Notes: generated from the sequence alone by a model not told the origin. Positions 33,166 through 56,524 are shown, numbered from the stretch's first letter. The stretch: DNA of 64,000 bases from the human T2T-CHM13v2.0 reference genome, Homo sapiens (GCF_009914755.1 NC_060933.1); one strand, 5' to 3'. Translations and numbers: made by a program.

Positions 33166-34059
33166 TGTAGTGATTTCTTACAATTTTATGTTGCCTCAGC
33201 ATCCATTTTGAACACAGGTTTAATTTTCTCATATTGGAAACAGGGCTTAGTCACCCTTGACACAGCTTCTGGTTCTCTACTTCATCCCAGTTCCTCAGTG
33301 GGGTTGATCCAGATATCTGCTTTATACGACTGCTTCCTGGTGACCACCTCCCTATCAGACAGCTAGATACAACCTACTTGACTCACCTTGCTGAACCCCC
33401 TACTGCACTGATTGTGCAGATATGCCACAGTGACCACTTCTCAGTCACAGCATGATTTCATGTACTTGTATCTACTTCCTCTAAACCCACTAATTAGAAC
33501 TTCCCAAGGGAAACCTGCCTGGATAATGCCCTAGACCCCAATAAAGTCTTCAGCCCATGGGTTCCTCATTCTCTCTCTTGCTCCTTGCCTGCTGATTGAG
33601 TGTACACGTCCCAAATAGCTCCCTACTTCCTGTTGGCCCCATGGGGCATGCTGCTGTCTTCTCTCTGGGATCTGAAAGTAATATACTGCTTGTGTTATTT
33701 CATGTTTTGTTTGAATTACTTTCTTTGTGTCTCAGCTGAATGACACATCTAAACCTAACTTCTTTCCTGGCCAGGGCTTTTCTGAAGAATGGCTATCTTG
33801 GTAGAAATAAACTGGACACAGGTCAGACAAGAGCCATAAGGATATCTGTCACTATAAACAAGTTTCCTGTGAGTGGGACACCTGGTCACAGGTCAGACAC
33901 TTAGACATCCAGCTGTTTGTCAGGCTAAAGAAGTATCTCATGAAAGAAACATTGTAAATATTCACAACCAAATCTCCTGGAGCCATGTGAGAGAGGACAG
34001 GAGTTTACTGCCATTCTCCAGAAAGAGACCTTAAGATGAAATTACAGAAAAATAGAACA
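33166..34059 (+). mobile_element. ~0.9 kb solo LTR (ERVL, MER54-like) inserted in the L1
   Basis: TG...CA termini; perfect 5-bp TSD CTCTT (33161-33165, 34060-34064); internal AATAAA at ~33540. Confidence 0.75.
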
Positions 34060-34935
34060 CTCTTCTTGCTTGTGTGGTTTCTGAAGAGAAGTTGGTTGTA
34101 AATTTTATGTTTCTCCTCTATAGGTAAAGTGTTTTTTCCTGTGGCTTCTTTCAAGATATTTCTTTGTCTTTGATTTTTGGCAGTTTGCATATGATATGCC
34201 TAGGGTTTTTTTTGTTTTGTTTTGTTTTTTTTTTTTTTTGTTTTTTTTTTTTTTTTGGCATTTATCCTGCTGGATGTACTCTGAGCTTCCAGCATATGTA
34301 GTTTGATGTCTGACATTAATTTGTGGAAAGTCTCAGTCTTTATTGCTTAAAATATTTTTTCTATACTTTTCTGTCTTTCTTCTCCTTCTGGAATTCCCAT
34401 AACATGTATGCTACACCTTTTGTACTTGTCTCACAGTTCTTGGATATTCTGGGTTTTTTTGTCCAGTCTTTTTTGTTTCTCTTTGCTTTTCAGTTTTGGA
34501 AGGTTCTATTGACACATTCTCAAGATCAGTGATTTTTTCCTCAGCCATGTGCAATCTACTAATAAGCCCATCAAAGGCATTCTTCAGTTCTGTTACAATG
34601 TTTTTGATTTCTAATATTTGTCTTTGATTCTTACTTAGAATTTCCATCTTTCTGCTTATATTGACCATCTGTTCTTGAATTCTGCCTACTTTCTCAATTA
34701 GAGCCTTTACTATGTTAATCATAGTTGTTTTAAATTCACAATCTGGTAATATCAACATCACTGCCATATCTAGTCTGATTCTGATGCATCCTCAGTCTCT
34801 TCAAATTCTGTTTTGCCTTTTAGTGTGCCTTGTCATTTTTTGCTGAATGACACCTTTCAACAAAACAACAAAAAGTACACCTTTAGCGATGTGCTGGTAA
34901 GATTTGAGGGGAGGAGAAGCATTCTATGGTCCTAT

Positions 34936-35579
34936 CGTTACCAGAAAGCAGTCCCAGTCCAGACCCCAAGAGAGGGTTCTTAGATGTCATGCAAGAAATA
35001 ATTCAGGGTGGTCCACAGAGTAAAGTAAAAAGCAAGTTTATAGAGAAGTAATGAAACAAAAGAATGGCTATTCCATAGGCAGAGCAACCAGGGGGCTGCT
35101 GGTTGACTATTTTTATGGTTATTTCTTGATTAGATGATAAACAAGGGGTAGATTATTCATGAGTTTTCCAGAAAAAGGATGAAGAGTTTCAGAAACTGAG
35201 GGTCCCTCGCCTTTTTAGAACATGTAGGGTGATTTCCAGAAGTTGCCATGGCATTTGTAAACTGTCATGGTGCTAGTGGGAGTGTCTTTTAGCATGCTAA
35301 TGCATTATAACGAACATATAATGAGAAGTGAGGACAACCAGAGGTCACTTTCATCTCCATCTTGGTTTCGGTGAGTTTTGGCTGGCTTCTTTACCACATC
35401 CTGTTTCATCAGTAGGGTCTTTACAACCTCTGACGTGTGATACCAGTCCTGTTCACCTCCAGTCTTATCCTGTGAATAAGAATGCCTAACCTCCTGGGAT
35501 GGCAGCCAAGCAGGTCTGGGCTTTATTTTACGTAGCTCCTATTCAAGATGGAGTTGCTCTCCTTTAAATGCCTCTGGCA
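34936..35579 (-). mobile_element. MER41 solo LTR, long type retaining the GAS-bearing segment
   Basis: Reverse complement begins TGCCAGAGGCATTT..AGCAACTCCATCTTGAATAGG; 4-bp TSD CTAT. Confidence 0.85.
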
Positions 35580-35634
35580 CTATAATTAGGTCTTAGGCAT
35601 TTAGTAAGCCTTTATGTGCCCTTTAGCTGTGAAC

Positions 35635-35928
35635 TTTTTTTTTTCCTTGAGACAGAGTCTCATTCTGTTGCCCAGGCTGGAGTGCAGTGACACGATCATG
35701 TCTTACTGTACCTTGATTTCCTAGGCTCAGGTGATACTTCCACCTCAGCCTCCTGTGTAGCTGGGGCTACAGGCACGCACCACATACCTGGCTAATTTTT
35801 GTATTTCTTGTGGAGACAGAGTTTCACCATGTTGCTCAGGCTGGTCTTGAATTCCTGGGCTCAAGCAATCCACTTGTCTCAGTCTTGGTAAGTATTGGGA
35901 TTACAGGCATGAGTCACCACACCTGACC
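35635..35928 (-). mobile_element. AluJ
   Basis: Diverged antisense Alu. Confidence 0.85.
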
Positions 35929-36528
35929 TTGACGGTGAACTTCACATACTGTCTCTGCCCCTTGGATTTTTCCCCCCACCTTAGGTGGGACAGGATGGCT
36001 AGTGGAAGCTGGAATTAAGTCTCACATATTTGTCAGAGTCCTATGCATACATATGTAATTAAGATGATTTTTCTCTTGTTAATTTATCATCTGTCAATTT
36101 AATTCATGGCCTAGCCAAAGAACCTAGAAGGGTAGAGGGAAGCCATTTCCCCTCCCATGAAAAGCAAGAGTAGAGCAGTGTGTACAGTTTTCTATTTACA
36201 TAACCAGATATAAAATGGGATTCTATCTTTGTTTTAACAAAGCATCAATAAAATAATTATTCAATGCCAAAGCACATGTGAAACAGATCTTCCACATGTA
36301 GAATTCACAAAGAAAGTTATTGACAACTAATTACACAATGCTTGGGCCCCCTCTATCCCCAGAAAACACAAGAAAAACCCAAAACCCTGAGACTTCCTGT
36401 TTGTCTTTCCATTGTGATTTTGTATGGTGTGCCCACAAATCATTATTCAATGTTTTTTTGTTCCACTGCCAAGATTGCTCTCATGCTTCCTGGTAATCAC
36501 AGGGGCTGAAGCAGCAGCCAACTATTAT

Positions 36529-37241
36529 TGATATGGACAGGAGGCAGGGAAATACTGAATAGAAGAGGGCAGTTCCCTGGCAAAGGCCCTACCCACAAGC
36601 CTGGGCCCACAGCCCTAAATGAGAACTTCACATCCCTGTTTTCCCACTCCAATGTTGCTTTTTCCAAAACTGCCCTGGCCCATCATACCCCCCATCCCAT
36701 ACCCATAAAAACCTCAAATTCCACTTACAGACAAGCAGAGTGTCATGGCAGAGAAGGAAAGAAGAGAAGAAGCATCTGACTGTCGAGATGAGTTTGGCCA
36801 GGGACGGCTGAACTCCAGGGGGAAGATTATCTTCCCACTCCATCCCCTTTCCAGCTGCCCATCCCACTAAGAGCCACCTCCTTCACTCAGTAAAACCTCT
36901 GCATTCACCATCCTTCAAGTCCATGTGACCTGATTCTTCCTGGATGCCAGACAAGGACCAGGATACCAAGAGGGCAGAGAGTAAAATGCTGTCGTGCTGA
37001 CTCTCCTCTGAGCCAGTTAACACTTAGCCATCCATGAATGGCAACTGCTAAAAGAGCATTAATTGTAACACACCCCTAGATGCTGCCATAGGGCCAGAGC
37101 CCAGAAGTGCTTGCCCCAGCCTTGGCACCTGCTTGCCTGCACGCTCCCCCTCCTGCAAGGGGTTTGAGTGGGGGGCTGAGTAAGCGAACCACACCCCTGT
37201 TGCAAGTCCCACGAAGGGATCCAGGGAACTCTCCAGTCTCA
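36529..37241 (+). mobile_element. ERV1 solo LTR (MER50-like)
   Basis: TGATATGGACAGGAGGCAGGGAAATACTG...GGGAACTCTCCAGTCTCA. Confidence 0.7.
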
Positions 37242-37348
37242 CTACGTATTTAACTAACACTATGGCATAAATTCTTCTTTTAATTTTAAGTTTTGAATAA
37301 GATGAAAAAGCTTTTTTGTGATACTTAGGAATTAAGAAGATATGATCT

Positions 37349-37786
<438 letters not shown>

Positions 37787-38427
37787 TCAGTGCCTTCTTC
37801 AAAATTATAATTCAGAGGTTATGGACATAAAAATGCCATCTCCGCAGTAAATGAAGTTGACAAATATTCAACAAAATGTGCCCTAGTCTTTTTTTACCCA
37901 CCTGAGTATGTATCACAATGTAGTGTTGGAAGGAAAATTTTCCTCTACCCACTAGTTTCAATTGCTTGGGGGCCTGAAGATTAACTGACAATAGATGGAT
38001 GAACAGAACAAGAATTATTTATACATGCACTCATTACTCAGTAAGGAGTAACTGGATAAGAAGCCAGAGGTAAATGTTTTTACGTCAACTGAACAAAACA
38101 GGGAGGAGTTAAAACTTCAAAGGGGAAGAATGAAAGGTACTGTTGGCTTTTCTGATGTTAATAGCTAGCTGAATTCACACTTCAGTATTCTCCCAACAGG
38201 AAACTCCTTTGGTGGGTGGGGGAGCCAAAGGCATCTGTATTTTCAGGAGGCCCTGCTTAAGTTTGGATAATGTTTATTTCTGTAGCTGCTGGTTGTACAG
38301 GCATTTTCAGTTTAAAATAATTTTCATATCACTTTTGTAGGCCATTAATTTCTTCAGTAATTTCTCAGCAACTCATAGCACCCCAGTAAGATCATGGCAA
38401 AGCTCACACATCACCCACCTGTATGAT

Positions 38428-39679
38428 TGTAGAGGGGCCAAGGGAAAGCGTCCGTCATCCTGTTAAGGGTTTGTTGAAAATTGTTGATGAAAAGAGTGAA
38501 ACTTTGTAAAATATTTAAGAGATTTATTCTGAGCCAAATAGAAGTGACCATAGCCCATGACACAGCCCTCAGAAGACCCTGAGAACATGTGCCCAAGGTG
38601 GTCGGGGTACAGCCTAGTTTTATACATTTTAGGGAGACATGAGACATCAATCAAATACACGTAAGGTATACATTGGTTCAGTCCAGAAAGGTGGGACAAC
38701 TCCAAGTGGGCAGAGAGGGGAGGAGGGGTTCCAGGTTATAGGTACATTTAAAATATTTTAGATTGGCAATTGGTTGAAAGAACTACTATCAATAGAAAGG
38801 AATATTTGGGTTACAATAAGAGGTTGTGGAAACCAAAGTTTTATCATGCTGAGAAAGCCTCCAGGTAACAGACTTTGGAGAAAACAGATTGTAAGTGTTT
38901 CTTACTAGACTTAAAGTCTGTGTTGATTGTACATGCTGGTCAACTTTTTCTGAATTCCAAAAGGGAGGAGGGTATAATGAGGCATGTCCCACCCTCTCTT
39001 CCCATCATGGCTTGCACCAGGTTTTCAGGTTAATGTTGGAGTGCCCTGGCTGAGAGGAGGGGGTCTATTCAGACGGTTGGTTGGTGGGCCTTAGAATTTT
39101 ATTTGTGGTTTACAAAATGAACTGACAAAAGGCAGATTAAAAAGCAGAAAAAGGCATACAAAATTTATTTAACATGCATAAACATGAGGGAATTGCAGGG
39201 GTAGGATTACCCAATAACCCAAATGAGGTCCAGTTGCTTACATACTCTTGTTCACAGGGGAAGGGGAGTTGAGGGTGTAACAATTTTGAGGGGCAGCAAA
39301 TGATTTTTAGGGGAAATGAATGAACCTGGGAGACAGGAATTAATCTGTAAGTTATTCTCTTTAGAATTTGAATGAGCCTGAAAGGCAGACATTGTTTTGT
39401 GAAAAAATTCATCCAGGTGTGGTTACATTACTCAGTCTTCTTTTCTGTGATAGGTAATGAGATTTCGGAGAGGGGATGGAAGGCAATTGTGTTTTCTTTG
39501 TGGGTCCAGTCTTAAAGGTGATAAAGGAATATCAGAGAAGAGCCTCATCCTGTGCCTTGGGAGAGACAAAATGTTAGTGGAGGCTGGAGGGGGGTGTCAG
39601 AGAGACCTCGAGGCTGCTTCTTTTAGTTCAGTATACCAAAACACCATATTTTGGGGTATCACTTTTCTGAGTCCCAACA
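38428..39679 (-). mobile_element. MER39-like ERV1 LTR interrupted by a MER4 LTR
   Basis: Ends CCATATTTTGGGGTATCACTTTTCTGAGTCCCAACA; sequence resumes after the inner TSD. Confidence 0.6.
38482..39114 (-). mobile_element. MER4-family solo LTR
   Basis: TGTTGATGAAAAGAG..ACATGTGCCCAAGGTGGTC..GGTTTACA; 4-bp TSD AAAT. Confidence 0.8.
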
Positions 39680-39960
39680 TTGCCTCCTCTATGGCTGCAT
39701 AATCTGTATAACATCAACAGTCATTCTTTCTTTCGATTCTCAGTGCTTAATCCCTTATAGCCCCCATCCCAATCATCACCATCTTATTTACATGATTATT
39801 GGCTGTCACAATCCCCCTCCAGAATATACACTCCATGACAACAGACTTTGTCCATCTTCATTACTGTGTCACCAGAGCTAATACCATGTCTGGCACAGGG
39901 TTGTTACTAAATACATATTGGTTGGTAAAATAAATGGAAAATAAATAGTTTAAAGTGTAA

Positions 39961-40270
39961 GCTGGGCGTAGTGGGTCATGTTTGTAATTCCAGCACTTTG
40001 GGAGGCCAAGGCGGGAGAATCGCTTGACCCCAGGGGTTCAAGACCACCTGAGCACCATGGCGAGACCCCCGTCTCTACGAAAATTAGCCAGGCATGGGGT
40101 GTGGCTGTAGTCCCAACTACTCAGGAGGTTGAGGTGAGAGGATCCCTTGAGCCCAAGATGTCTAGGCTGCAGTGAGCCAATATCATGCGACTACACTCCA
40201 GCCTGGGGGACAAATTGAGACCCTGTGTCAAAAAAATAAAAAAGAAAGAGAAAGGGAAAGAAAAAATGTA
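39961..40270 (+). mobile_element. AluJ
   Basis: Dimeric Alu. Confidence 0.85.
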
Positions 40271-40844
40271 AAGCAATGTTTCCATCTGGAGCAGTGGTGG
40301 AGATCATACTGCTACATTGTGACTTAACAGAATTGAATCCTGACATAAAATGTACTGTCTAAAAATAACATTTACTAAATAAGTTGAGCAGCCACCACAC
40401 AGTTGCTACTCTCTAACACCAGCACCTCTATCTTGCTGAGCTCCAGCCAAAGAAGGAAGGTAAGTCAGGAGGTGTCTCCTACTTACCATGGCTCCTACAA
40501 AGCTGGCACCCGGAAAACATCTGGCTACAAATGCCTTTCCCAAGAGTGCACCCTCTACTGGAGAAATGAAGAAACCTTAGCATTACAGGCTTGATACTGT
40601 GGCACTCCATGAAATTAGATGTTATCAAAAGTCCACCAAATTTCTGATTTGCAAACTTTCATTCCAGTACCTGATATTAGAAATTGCTTAGGACTTCAAA
40701 ACAGATTTGTGTTGCCAGAGCACAGCTATTGGAAGCAAGTGAGGTCTATTGTAGGAAGCAAGTGTGGTCTATCATGTGGGACTTCCACCCTGGGTGCTCT
40801 CTGTATCAAATGTGTAACAGTGTTTTTTGTTTGTTTTTATATTT

Positions 40845-41533
<689 letters not shown>

Positions 41534-41889
41534 GAATCCACTATGAAAGGAAACATTTCATTCTCAAAACAAACAAATGAAAAATCCTCTCATCTTCCTG
41601 TTAGTGGTGGTTCTGAATGTTTGATATTTTTTCCTCATGGGGTCAAAAAGTACCTAAGTATATAAATGCAAGTGGAAAAATAGGGGATAGAAATCAGATA
41701 TTGACAGTTTTACCATTTTCACTTGTGTGCGAATTGTTAATATGAATGTGGAAATATAAAGCACTGAGGCAAATCAAAATGTTTTATTAAACAAGTGTCA
41801 GCAATTCACCTTTATAACAATTATAAATAAACTTGTTAGATTTTCCTGGACAATGCCAGCATTTGGATTTTTACAAATAAGTAAATGTT

Positions 41890-42941
<1,052 letters not shown>

Positions 42942-42981
42942 TAGCATCTTAATCTACGGTATATTTCATCCATTCACTATG

Positions 42982-43690
<709 letters not shown>

Positions 43691-43773
43691 CTTTTCTAAC
43701 TTAGTCGTCCATGATCACCACCACCATTGCCATCACCCTTGCCATTAGGCATCATGTTTTCCTCCTTGGAGGT

Positions 43774-44132
43774 TGCCGTGGTTTAAATGTGTCCCCCAAA
43801 GTTCATGTGTTGGAAACTTAATCCCTAATGATGCAATGCTGTTGGGAAGTGGGGCCTAATTGGAGGTGTTTTGGTCATGAGAATTCCAACGTCATGAATG
43901 AATTAATGCCAATTATAAAAAGGCTGACACTGTGAGCTCATTCTCCTGCTCTCTTGCACCCTCCCTTTGCCTTTCCCCCATGGGATGATGCAGCAAAAAG
44001 GCCCTTGCAAGATGCTGGCCCCATGACCTTGAACTTCCTAGTCTTCAAAACTGTAAGCCAATAAATTTCTGTTTATTATAAATTATCCAGTCTCATGGAT
44101 TCTGTTATAACAGCACAAAACAGACTAAAACA
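43774..44132 (+). mobile_element. MST-type MaLR solo LTR
   Basis: TG..GGTTTAAATGTGTCCCCCAAAGTTCATGTGTTGGAAAC...CAGACTAAAACA; 5-bp TSD GAGGT. Confidence 0.85.
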
Positions 44133-45428
44133 GAGGTCAGTCATCACAGTTACCAGTTTTGGCAAGCTTTTAATGAACAAAAGAATCACTTAATTTGTAC
44201 TGCAAAATGGCATGTTTCCTGCAGATCTGCAATGAGAAAGGAACAGATGATGTTACGCTTTTTTTCTCAAGCTTCCATGAGATGGGGATTCAACAACTCT
44301 TCTAGGAATAATATAAGCTATGACATAGTTTGATGAAATCCATAGAAGTGAATTGATTTAATGCCATCATTAAAATTTCCACTGTAGAATGGCAAGGAAT
44401 TTATTGAGATAGTATCCTTTTTGTTGTTGGTGTTTCTAAATACAATCTGAAATAATTTGTTAGATCAAAGGCTTGCTTTTCCTTGAACCTGACAGAGTTG
44501 GTTCACAGTAAAATTTACCACATCAGAACTATTTGTTGACATATTACTTTCTACCTTGCATTCAGCACTAGATGCTAGAGATTACAAAGAATGGTTTGCC
44601 TTGGAATCAAAGGTGTAGCAATTGACTGTGTAAACATTTTCTGAACTGTGATGTTGCTAAGAAGCCAGCAGGAGTGGGGGAAGAATTGAAGAGTGAAATG
44701 AATATCCATCCTTATAGACAGGCAAAAATCAGACTGTAATATTTTGTTTAATCTTATAAAAAGTATCTAGTATTTCAACACTTTAAAAGTCCTTGCATTT
44801 TTCAAAAGCTAGGCAGAACCTGGAATCAAGGCCTGGGTCCTGGGGAAGCAGTCTGTGCAGCAGGAGCCTGCCTCGGGTGCACATTTGAACTAGGGGAAAA
44901 AAAGTTGTTTCTACCTGTAGTGCCTCTCCAGCTTCCACTACTGACACAGCTTAACATTGTGCCAACAGGCAAAGGAACAATATTTAAAAGACCTAGGTCC
45001 ATTTTCACAGAGTAGGTAATGAATGAATTTGGAACTGAGAGGCAATAAATGGATAATAGCACAGCAATTAATGTGGACTGGTGTCGGACTTCAGGTAAGG
45101 CTGGATCTTGGAGTAGCCCAAAAAGTTTGTAATAAATAAACTCTTTTTTCATCTCAAAAAAAGAAAAAAACTAGATAGACAAGACCTGGGCCTTAAAGTC
45201 TTTCTGTTTCACAGAGCACGCTGAGTAATATAAAACTGGATGATAGATAACTAAATCTCTTTTTGTGCCCTATTCAAAATGGAAAGGTCAAAAGTGGCAT
45301 ATTGGTGTTAAGACAAAGGTGATTCATTCACCACACCTCAGAAAAGAGTAAAAATGAAATTAGCCATCTTGTAACTAAAATCAACACAAATGTACTTGGT
45401 CTAGAACTTTCAATAAAAAAGGACATCG

Positions 45429-46094
<666 letters not shown>

Positions 46095-46150
46095 TTAATT
46101 TAATTTTTAAAATACGTATTATTTACTCAAAATATGGACAACCAAGCTTA

Positions 46151-46884
46151 TGTAACAGCCCAGTGGGTTCATGTTGCCTGCTACCTAGACAAAGCCAATT
46201 TATCAAGAGAGGGGAATTGTAACACAGAAAGAGTTTAATTCATGCAGAGCTGGCTGTATAGGAGACCTGAGTTTTATTATCACTGAAATCGGTCTCCCTG
46301 AAAAGTTAGAGATGGGGGTTTTTAAGGACAATTTGGTGTGTCAGGGCCGGTGAGTCAAGAGCGCTGATTGGTTGGGTCAGAGATTAAATCATAGAGAGTC
46401 GAAGCTGTCCTCTTGTGCTGAGTCAGTTTTTGAGTGGGGGCCACAAGATCAGATGAACCAGTTGATTGATCTGGGTGGTGCCAGCTGATCCATCAAGTGC
46501 AGGGCCTGCAAAATATCTCAAGCACTGATCTTAGGTTTTACAACAGTGATATTGCCTACCCAGGAGCAATTTGGGGAGGGTCAGAATCTTGTAGCCTCTA
46601 GCTGCATGACTCCTAAACCATAATTTCTAATCTTGTGGCTAATTTGTTAGTCCTACAAATGCAGCCTAGTCCTGAGGCAGGAAGGAGGTTTGTTTTGGGA
46701 AAGGGCTGTTATCATCTTTGTTTCAAACTTAAACAATAAACTAAGTTCTCCCCAAAGTTAGTTCGTCCTGCGCTCAGGAATGAACAAGGACAGCTTGGAG
46801 GTTAAAAGGAAGATGGAGTTGGTCAGGTCAGATCTCTTTCACTGTAATAATTTTCTCAGTTATAATTTTGCAATGGTGCTTTCC
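46151..46884 (-). mobile_element. LTR8-like ERV1 solo LTR
   Basis: GAATGAACAAGGACAGCTTGGAGGTTA..AGATGGAGTTGG..TATAATTTTGCAA matches the recalled LTR8 5' end (antisense). Confidence 0.75.
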
Positions 46885-51560
<4,676 letters not shown>

Positions 51561-51769
51561 ATCTCTTAAAGTAACATGCACACACATACACAGGAAAAAG
51601 AATGAAAGAATATATATTGGAGTAGTTCAATTTGGGTAGTGGAGTTACAGATGATTTTTATTTTCTCATATCTAAATTTTCTAAAATGAACATCTGTTAC
51701 AGAGGGAGGAAAGTAAATGAATATGTTAAAACGTCCTGGCAAAATCCCCAACTGGGCTAACAATAACTA

Positions 51770-52770
<1,001 letters not shown>

Positions 52771-52907
52771 GACCTAAATATATTACATTTAGTATATTAC
52801 ATAAAATACATTACATCTAGTCCAAAAAAAATGTAGGCAATCCAAATTAAAATTGTCTAGTGAAAATATGGGCAATTGAGTCTTAAAATGTCTAATATCT
52901 AGTTTAA

Positions 52908-53213
<306 letters not shown>

Positions 53214-53238
53214 TAGTTTAATATTGTCTTTCACATAC

Positions 53239-54355
53239 TGATAGCGGTAGGAGGCAGTCAAATGACTAGGCAGATGGGGTGGATCCCTGGTAAAACCCCA
53301 CCTTCAAGCCAAAGGCAGTTTAAAGCCTGAAAGCCAAGCTAAAAGTCTTGCATAAACATAGGAACTGGATTGAGAATCTCTTTCTATTTGTCATGCTTTC
53401 CTTTGATTGATCCTCACCCTTCACCTATTTTATATATACCTTCTCTTTCCTAATTGTTTTTTTACAGTCGTGCTCACCTTTGAACGGTGCCTTTGTTTTA
53501 GGCTTTTTTGGATACTCACAAACCAATTAGCATGCACTCCTGCCTTCTGAGCCCACAAAAGCCCCATACCCAGCCACACTGAGAGAGAGACCACCCGACC
53601 AAGTGGGAGACCACCCTTGTGGCCCCTCTCTACTGAGAGCTGTTTCATTAGCTGTTTCATCACTCAATAAAACTCTTCTCTGCCCTCCTCACCCTTCAAT
53701 AGTCAGCATAATCTCATTCTTCTTGGATGCGGACCAAGAACTTGGGACCCCTCCGAATGCAGGTACAAAGACGACAGTAACACTGTAGCCCTCTGCCCTG
53801 CCCCCTCTTCGGAGCTCAGCAGTTGCCCCACGTAACGGAAAGCAGCAGGGCCAGGTCATCCCCAAACCTGTGGGCTGGAGTGGGGCAATGGGACTGACAG
53901 AACTGTTAACGTGCCCCTGTTCATCAGGCTGTGGAGGAACTAAAACAGCTGTTAGCACACTGTAACACCCCCTCTGGGGCTTTGGGGTTGCAGGTTTTGC
54001 TGTTTGTGTGCCACGGCGTACCCCTCATCTGTATGCTGGAGTCCACCATGGGAGTCACTTGCCACATGCCTGGGCCAGCCACTAGCCCCACATGTAGACT
54101 GCTCCTGTGCTGGCCTTTGGAGAGGCCAGCCAGACCCTGGACTCACTTGCCCACACACCCCCTCCTGCCAGGGGCTGAGTGCTGCAGTCGCGGTGGCCAC
54201 AGGATCCATGCTGGAGTGCAAGCCAGGCACAGTTTGGCAGGCTGAGTGGGCAGGGTGCCTCTTGCAGGGAGCCCTGGGCTGAGGGAAGCCTGGGCAGGGG
54301 TATCACCGGCTGGAGGTTTCCTGCTGGCAAGGTGGTTGAGAAAAATCCTGTGTCA
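53239..54355 (+). mobile_element. ~1.1 kb GC-rich ERV1 solo LTR (LTR28/MER52-like)
   Basis: TGATAGCGG...CCTGTGTCA termini; TSD ATAC/GTAC; CCAAT at ~53523 and AATAAA at ~53666. Confidence 0.7.
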
Positions 54356-54552
54356 GTACCAGATAGTAGGATGTGTGATGGATTTAAGACAATAGGGGAT
54401 TCTGACCCTTCTACTTTCTAGTGGCTGTGACTTCAGCCCTCAGTTTGTTGTCCTTCAGTGAACCTCCTCATATCCCTCAATTGTTGCAAAGTGCCACTGA
54501 GCTGATGCCTGTGAAAGAGCTCTGTAAAATTCAAAGTTATATAAAAATAATA

Positions 54553-54814
54553 CAGCAGTTCCTCCTTATTCTTCGGTTCACTTAATCTATAACCTAAGAA
54601 GTAGAAGTTACAACTACATGCTGCATGACTCAGATCAGAGTCACATCTCTCTCAAGGCTTATAGTGTTTGGGGGATTTCAACAGCTTTTACATTTTATTT
54701 TCACATTATGCATAGGAAAAAGCATAGCACTTACAGGGTTCAGTACTATTAAGGATTTCGAGTATCCACTGGGGGTCTTGGAACGTATCTCCTGTGGATA
54801 AGGGGGGACTAATG
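54553..54814. mobile_element. MER44 (Tigger-derived) DNA transposon
   Basis: TIRs CAGCAGTTCCTCCTTATTC / GGATAAGGGGGGACTAATG flanked by TA. Confidence 0.7.
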
Positions 54815-54906
54815 TAGTATGATTATCATCATCAACAGAAGCTATGACACCAGGATAAATAGGCTAGAGAGAGCTCTCTGAGCCATAGGTCATGTTCAGG
54901 ACTCAC

Positions 54907-55966
54907 TATTGTGGGAAGTCAGGGACCCCGAATGGAGTGACTGGCTGGAGCCATGGCAGAGGAACATAAATTGTGATTTCATGGACATTTATCACTCCCC
55001 TAATAATACTTTTATAATTTCTTATGCCTGTCTTTAATCTCTTAATCCTGTTATCTTTGTAAGCTGCGGATGTATGTCACCTCAGGACCCTGTGATGATT
55101 GTGTTAACTGTACAAATTGATTGTAAAACTTGTGTTTGAACAACATGAAATCTGATTGTAAAACATGTGTGTTTGAAAAATATGAAATCAGTGCACCTTG
55201 AAAACTAACAGAATAACACCGATTTTAGGGAACAAGGGAAGACAACCATAAGGTCTGACTGCCTGCGGGGTGGGGCAAAAAGAGCCATATTTTTCTTCTT
55301 GCAGAGAGCCTATAAATGGATGTGCAAGTAAGAGAGATATCGCTAAATTCTTTTCCTAGCAAGGAATATAATATTAAGACCCTAGGAAAAGAATTGCATT
55401 CCTGGGGAGAGGTCTATAAACAGCCACTCTGGAAGTGTGGTTGAGATAAGGACTGAAATACGCCCCGTCTCCTGCAGTACCCTCAGGCTTATTAGGGTGG
55501 GGAAGAAATCCCACCCTGGTAAATTTGAGGTCAGACCAGTTCTCTGCTCTCGAACCATGTTTTCTGTTGTTTAAGATGTTTATCAAGACAATACGTGCAC
55601 AGCTGAACATAGACCGTCATCAGTAATTCTAATTTTGACCTTTGCCTTGTGATCTTTGCTTTTGTCCTTGCCCTGTTTCCTCAGAACCATGTGATCTTTG
55701 TTCTCCCTTTTTCCCTTTGAAGCATGTGATCTTTGTGAGCTACTCCCTGTTCATACAGCCCCTCCCCTTTTAAAATCCCTAATGAAAATTTGCTGGTTTT
55801 GCGGCTCGGGTGGGCATCATGGACCTACTGATATGTGATGTCACCCCTGGCGGCCCAGCTGTAAAATTCCTCTCTTTGTAGTCTTTCTCTTTATTTCTCA
55901 GACTGGCCAGCAATTATGGAAAATAGAAAGAGCCTACGTTGAAATTTTGGGACCAGTTCCCCCACT
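54907..55966 (+). mobile_element. MER11 solo LTR (HERV-K/HML8)
   Basis: GGGAAGTCAGGGACCCC..GCCATGGCAGAGGAACATAAATTGTGA start; repeated CATGTGATCTTTG motifs; ~1.05 kb. Confidence 0.85.
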
Positions 55967-55999
55967 GGTCCCAAATTCAGCCTCAAGAAGACTGAATTA

Positions 56000-56385
56000 G
56001 TCAGCTCCCACTACCATAACAAGTTACCACAGACTCTGTGGCTAAAACAACAGAATTTATTTCTTCACAGTTCTGGAGGCTAGCAATCCAAGAATAAGGT
56101 GCCAGCAAGTTTGGTTTCTGGTGAGGCTTCTCTTTCTGGTTTGTTGATGGCCATCTTCTCACTGTGTCTGTCCTCTTGTGTGTACCCACAAAGAGAGAGA
56201 AAGAGTTCTTAGGTGTCTTTTACTCTTCTTACAAGGACACTGGTCCTATTGTATTAAGGTCCCAGCCTTATTACCTCATTTAATGTTAATTACATTCTTA
56301 AAGCCCTATCTCCAAATACAGTCACATCAGAGGTTGGGACTTCAACATATGAATTTGGGGAGGGACACAATTAGGTCCATAACAA
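56000..56385 (-). mobile_element. MLT1A/B-like MaLR LTR
   Basis: AAAACAACAGAATTTATTTCTTCACAGTTCTGGAGGCT...GGGGAGGGACACAATT. Confidence 0.75.
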
Positions 56386-56524
56386 AGACCATAATCTTGA
56401 GTGGAAAAGAGTCCTAAGATTAGGGTTTTCACACAGTGAAGGGTCTTAAATTTATTGGTACATTCAATCCTGGAGCACTTCCTTTAGTAAGAATGACAGA
56501 GTGCTAAGCAGTAGTTCCCATATC

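Noticed and set aside
34411-34767. 118-aa coiled-coil-like ORF
   Set aside because: Remnant of L1 ORF1p within the old L1
52775-52820. Short TA(T/C)ATTACAT repeats resembling an array
   Set aside because: Three short AT-rich slippage copies; not CRISPR-like, and the context is eukaryotic
53603-54421. Cluster of GC-rich ORFs
   Set aside because: Lie within a solo LTR; no gag/pol/env similarity
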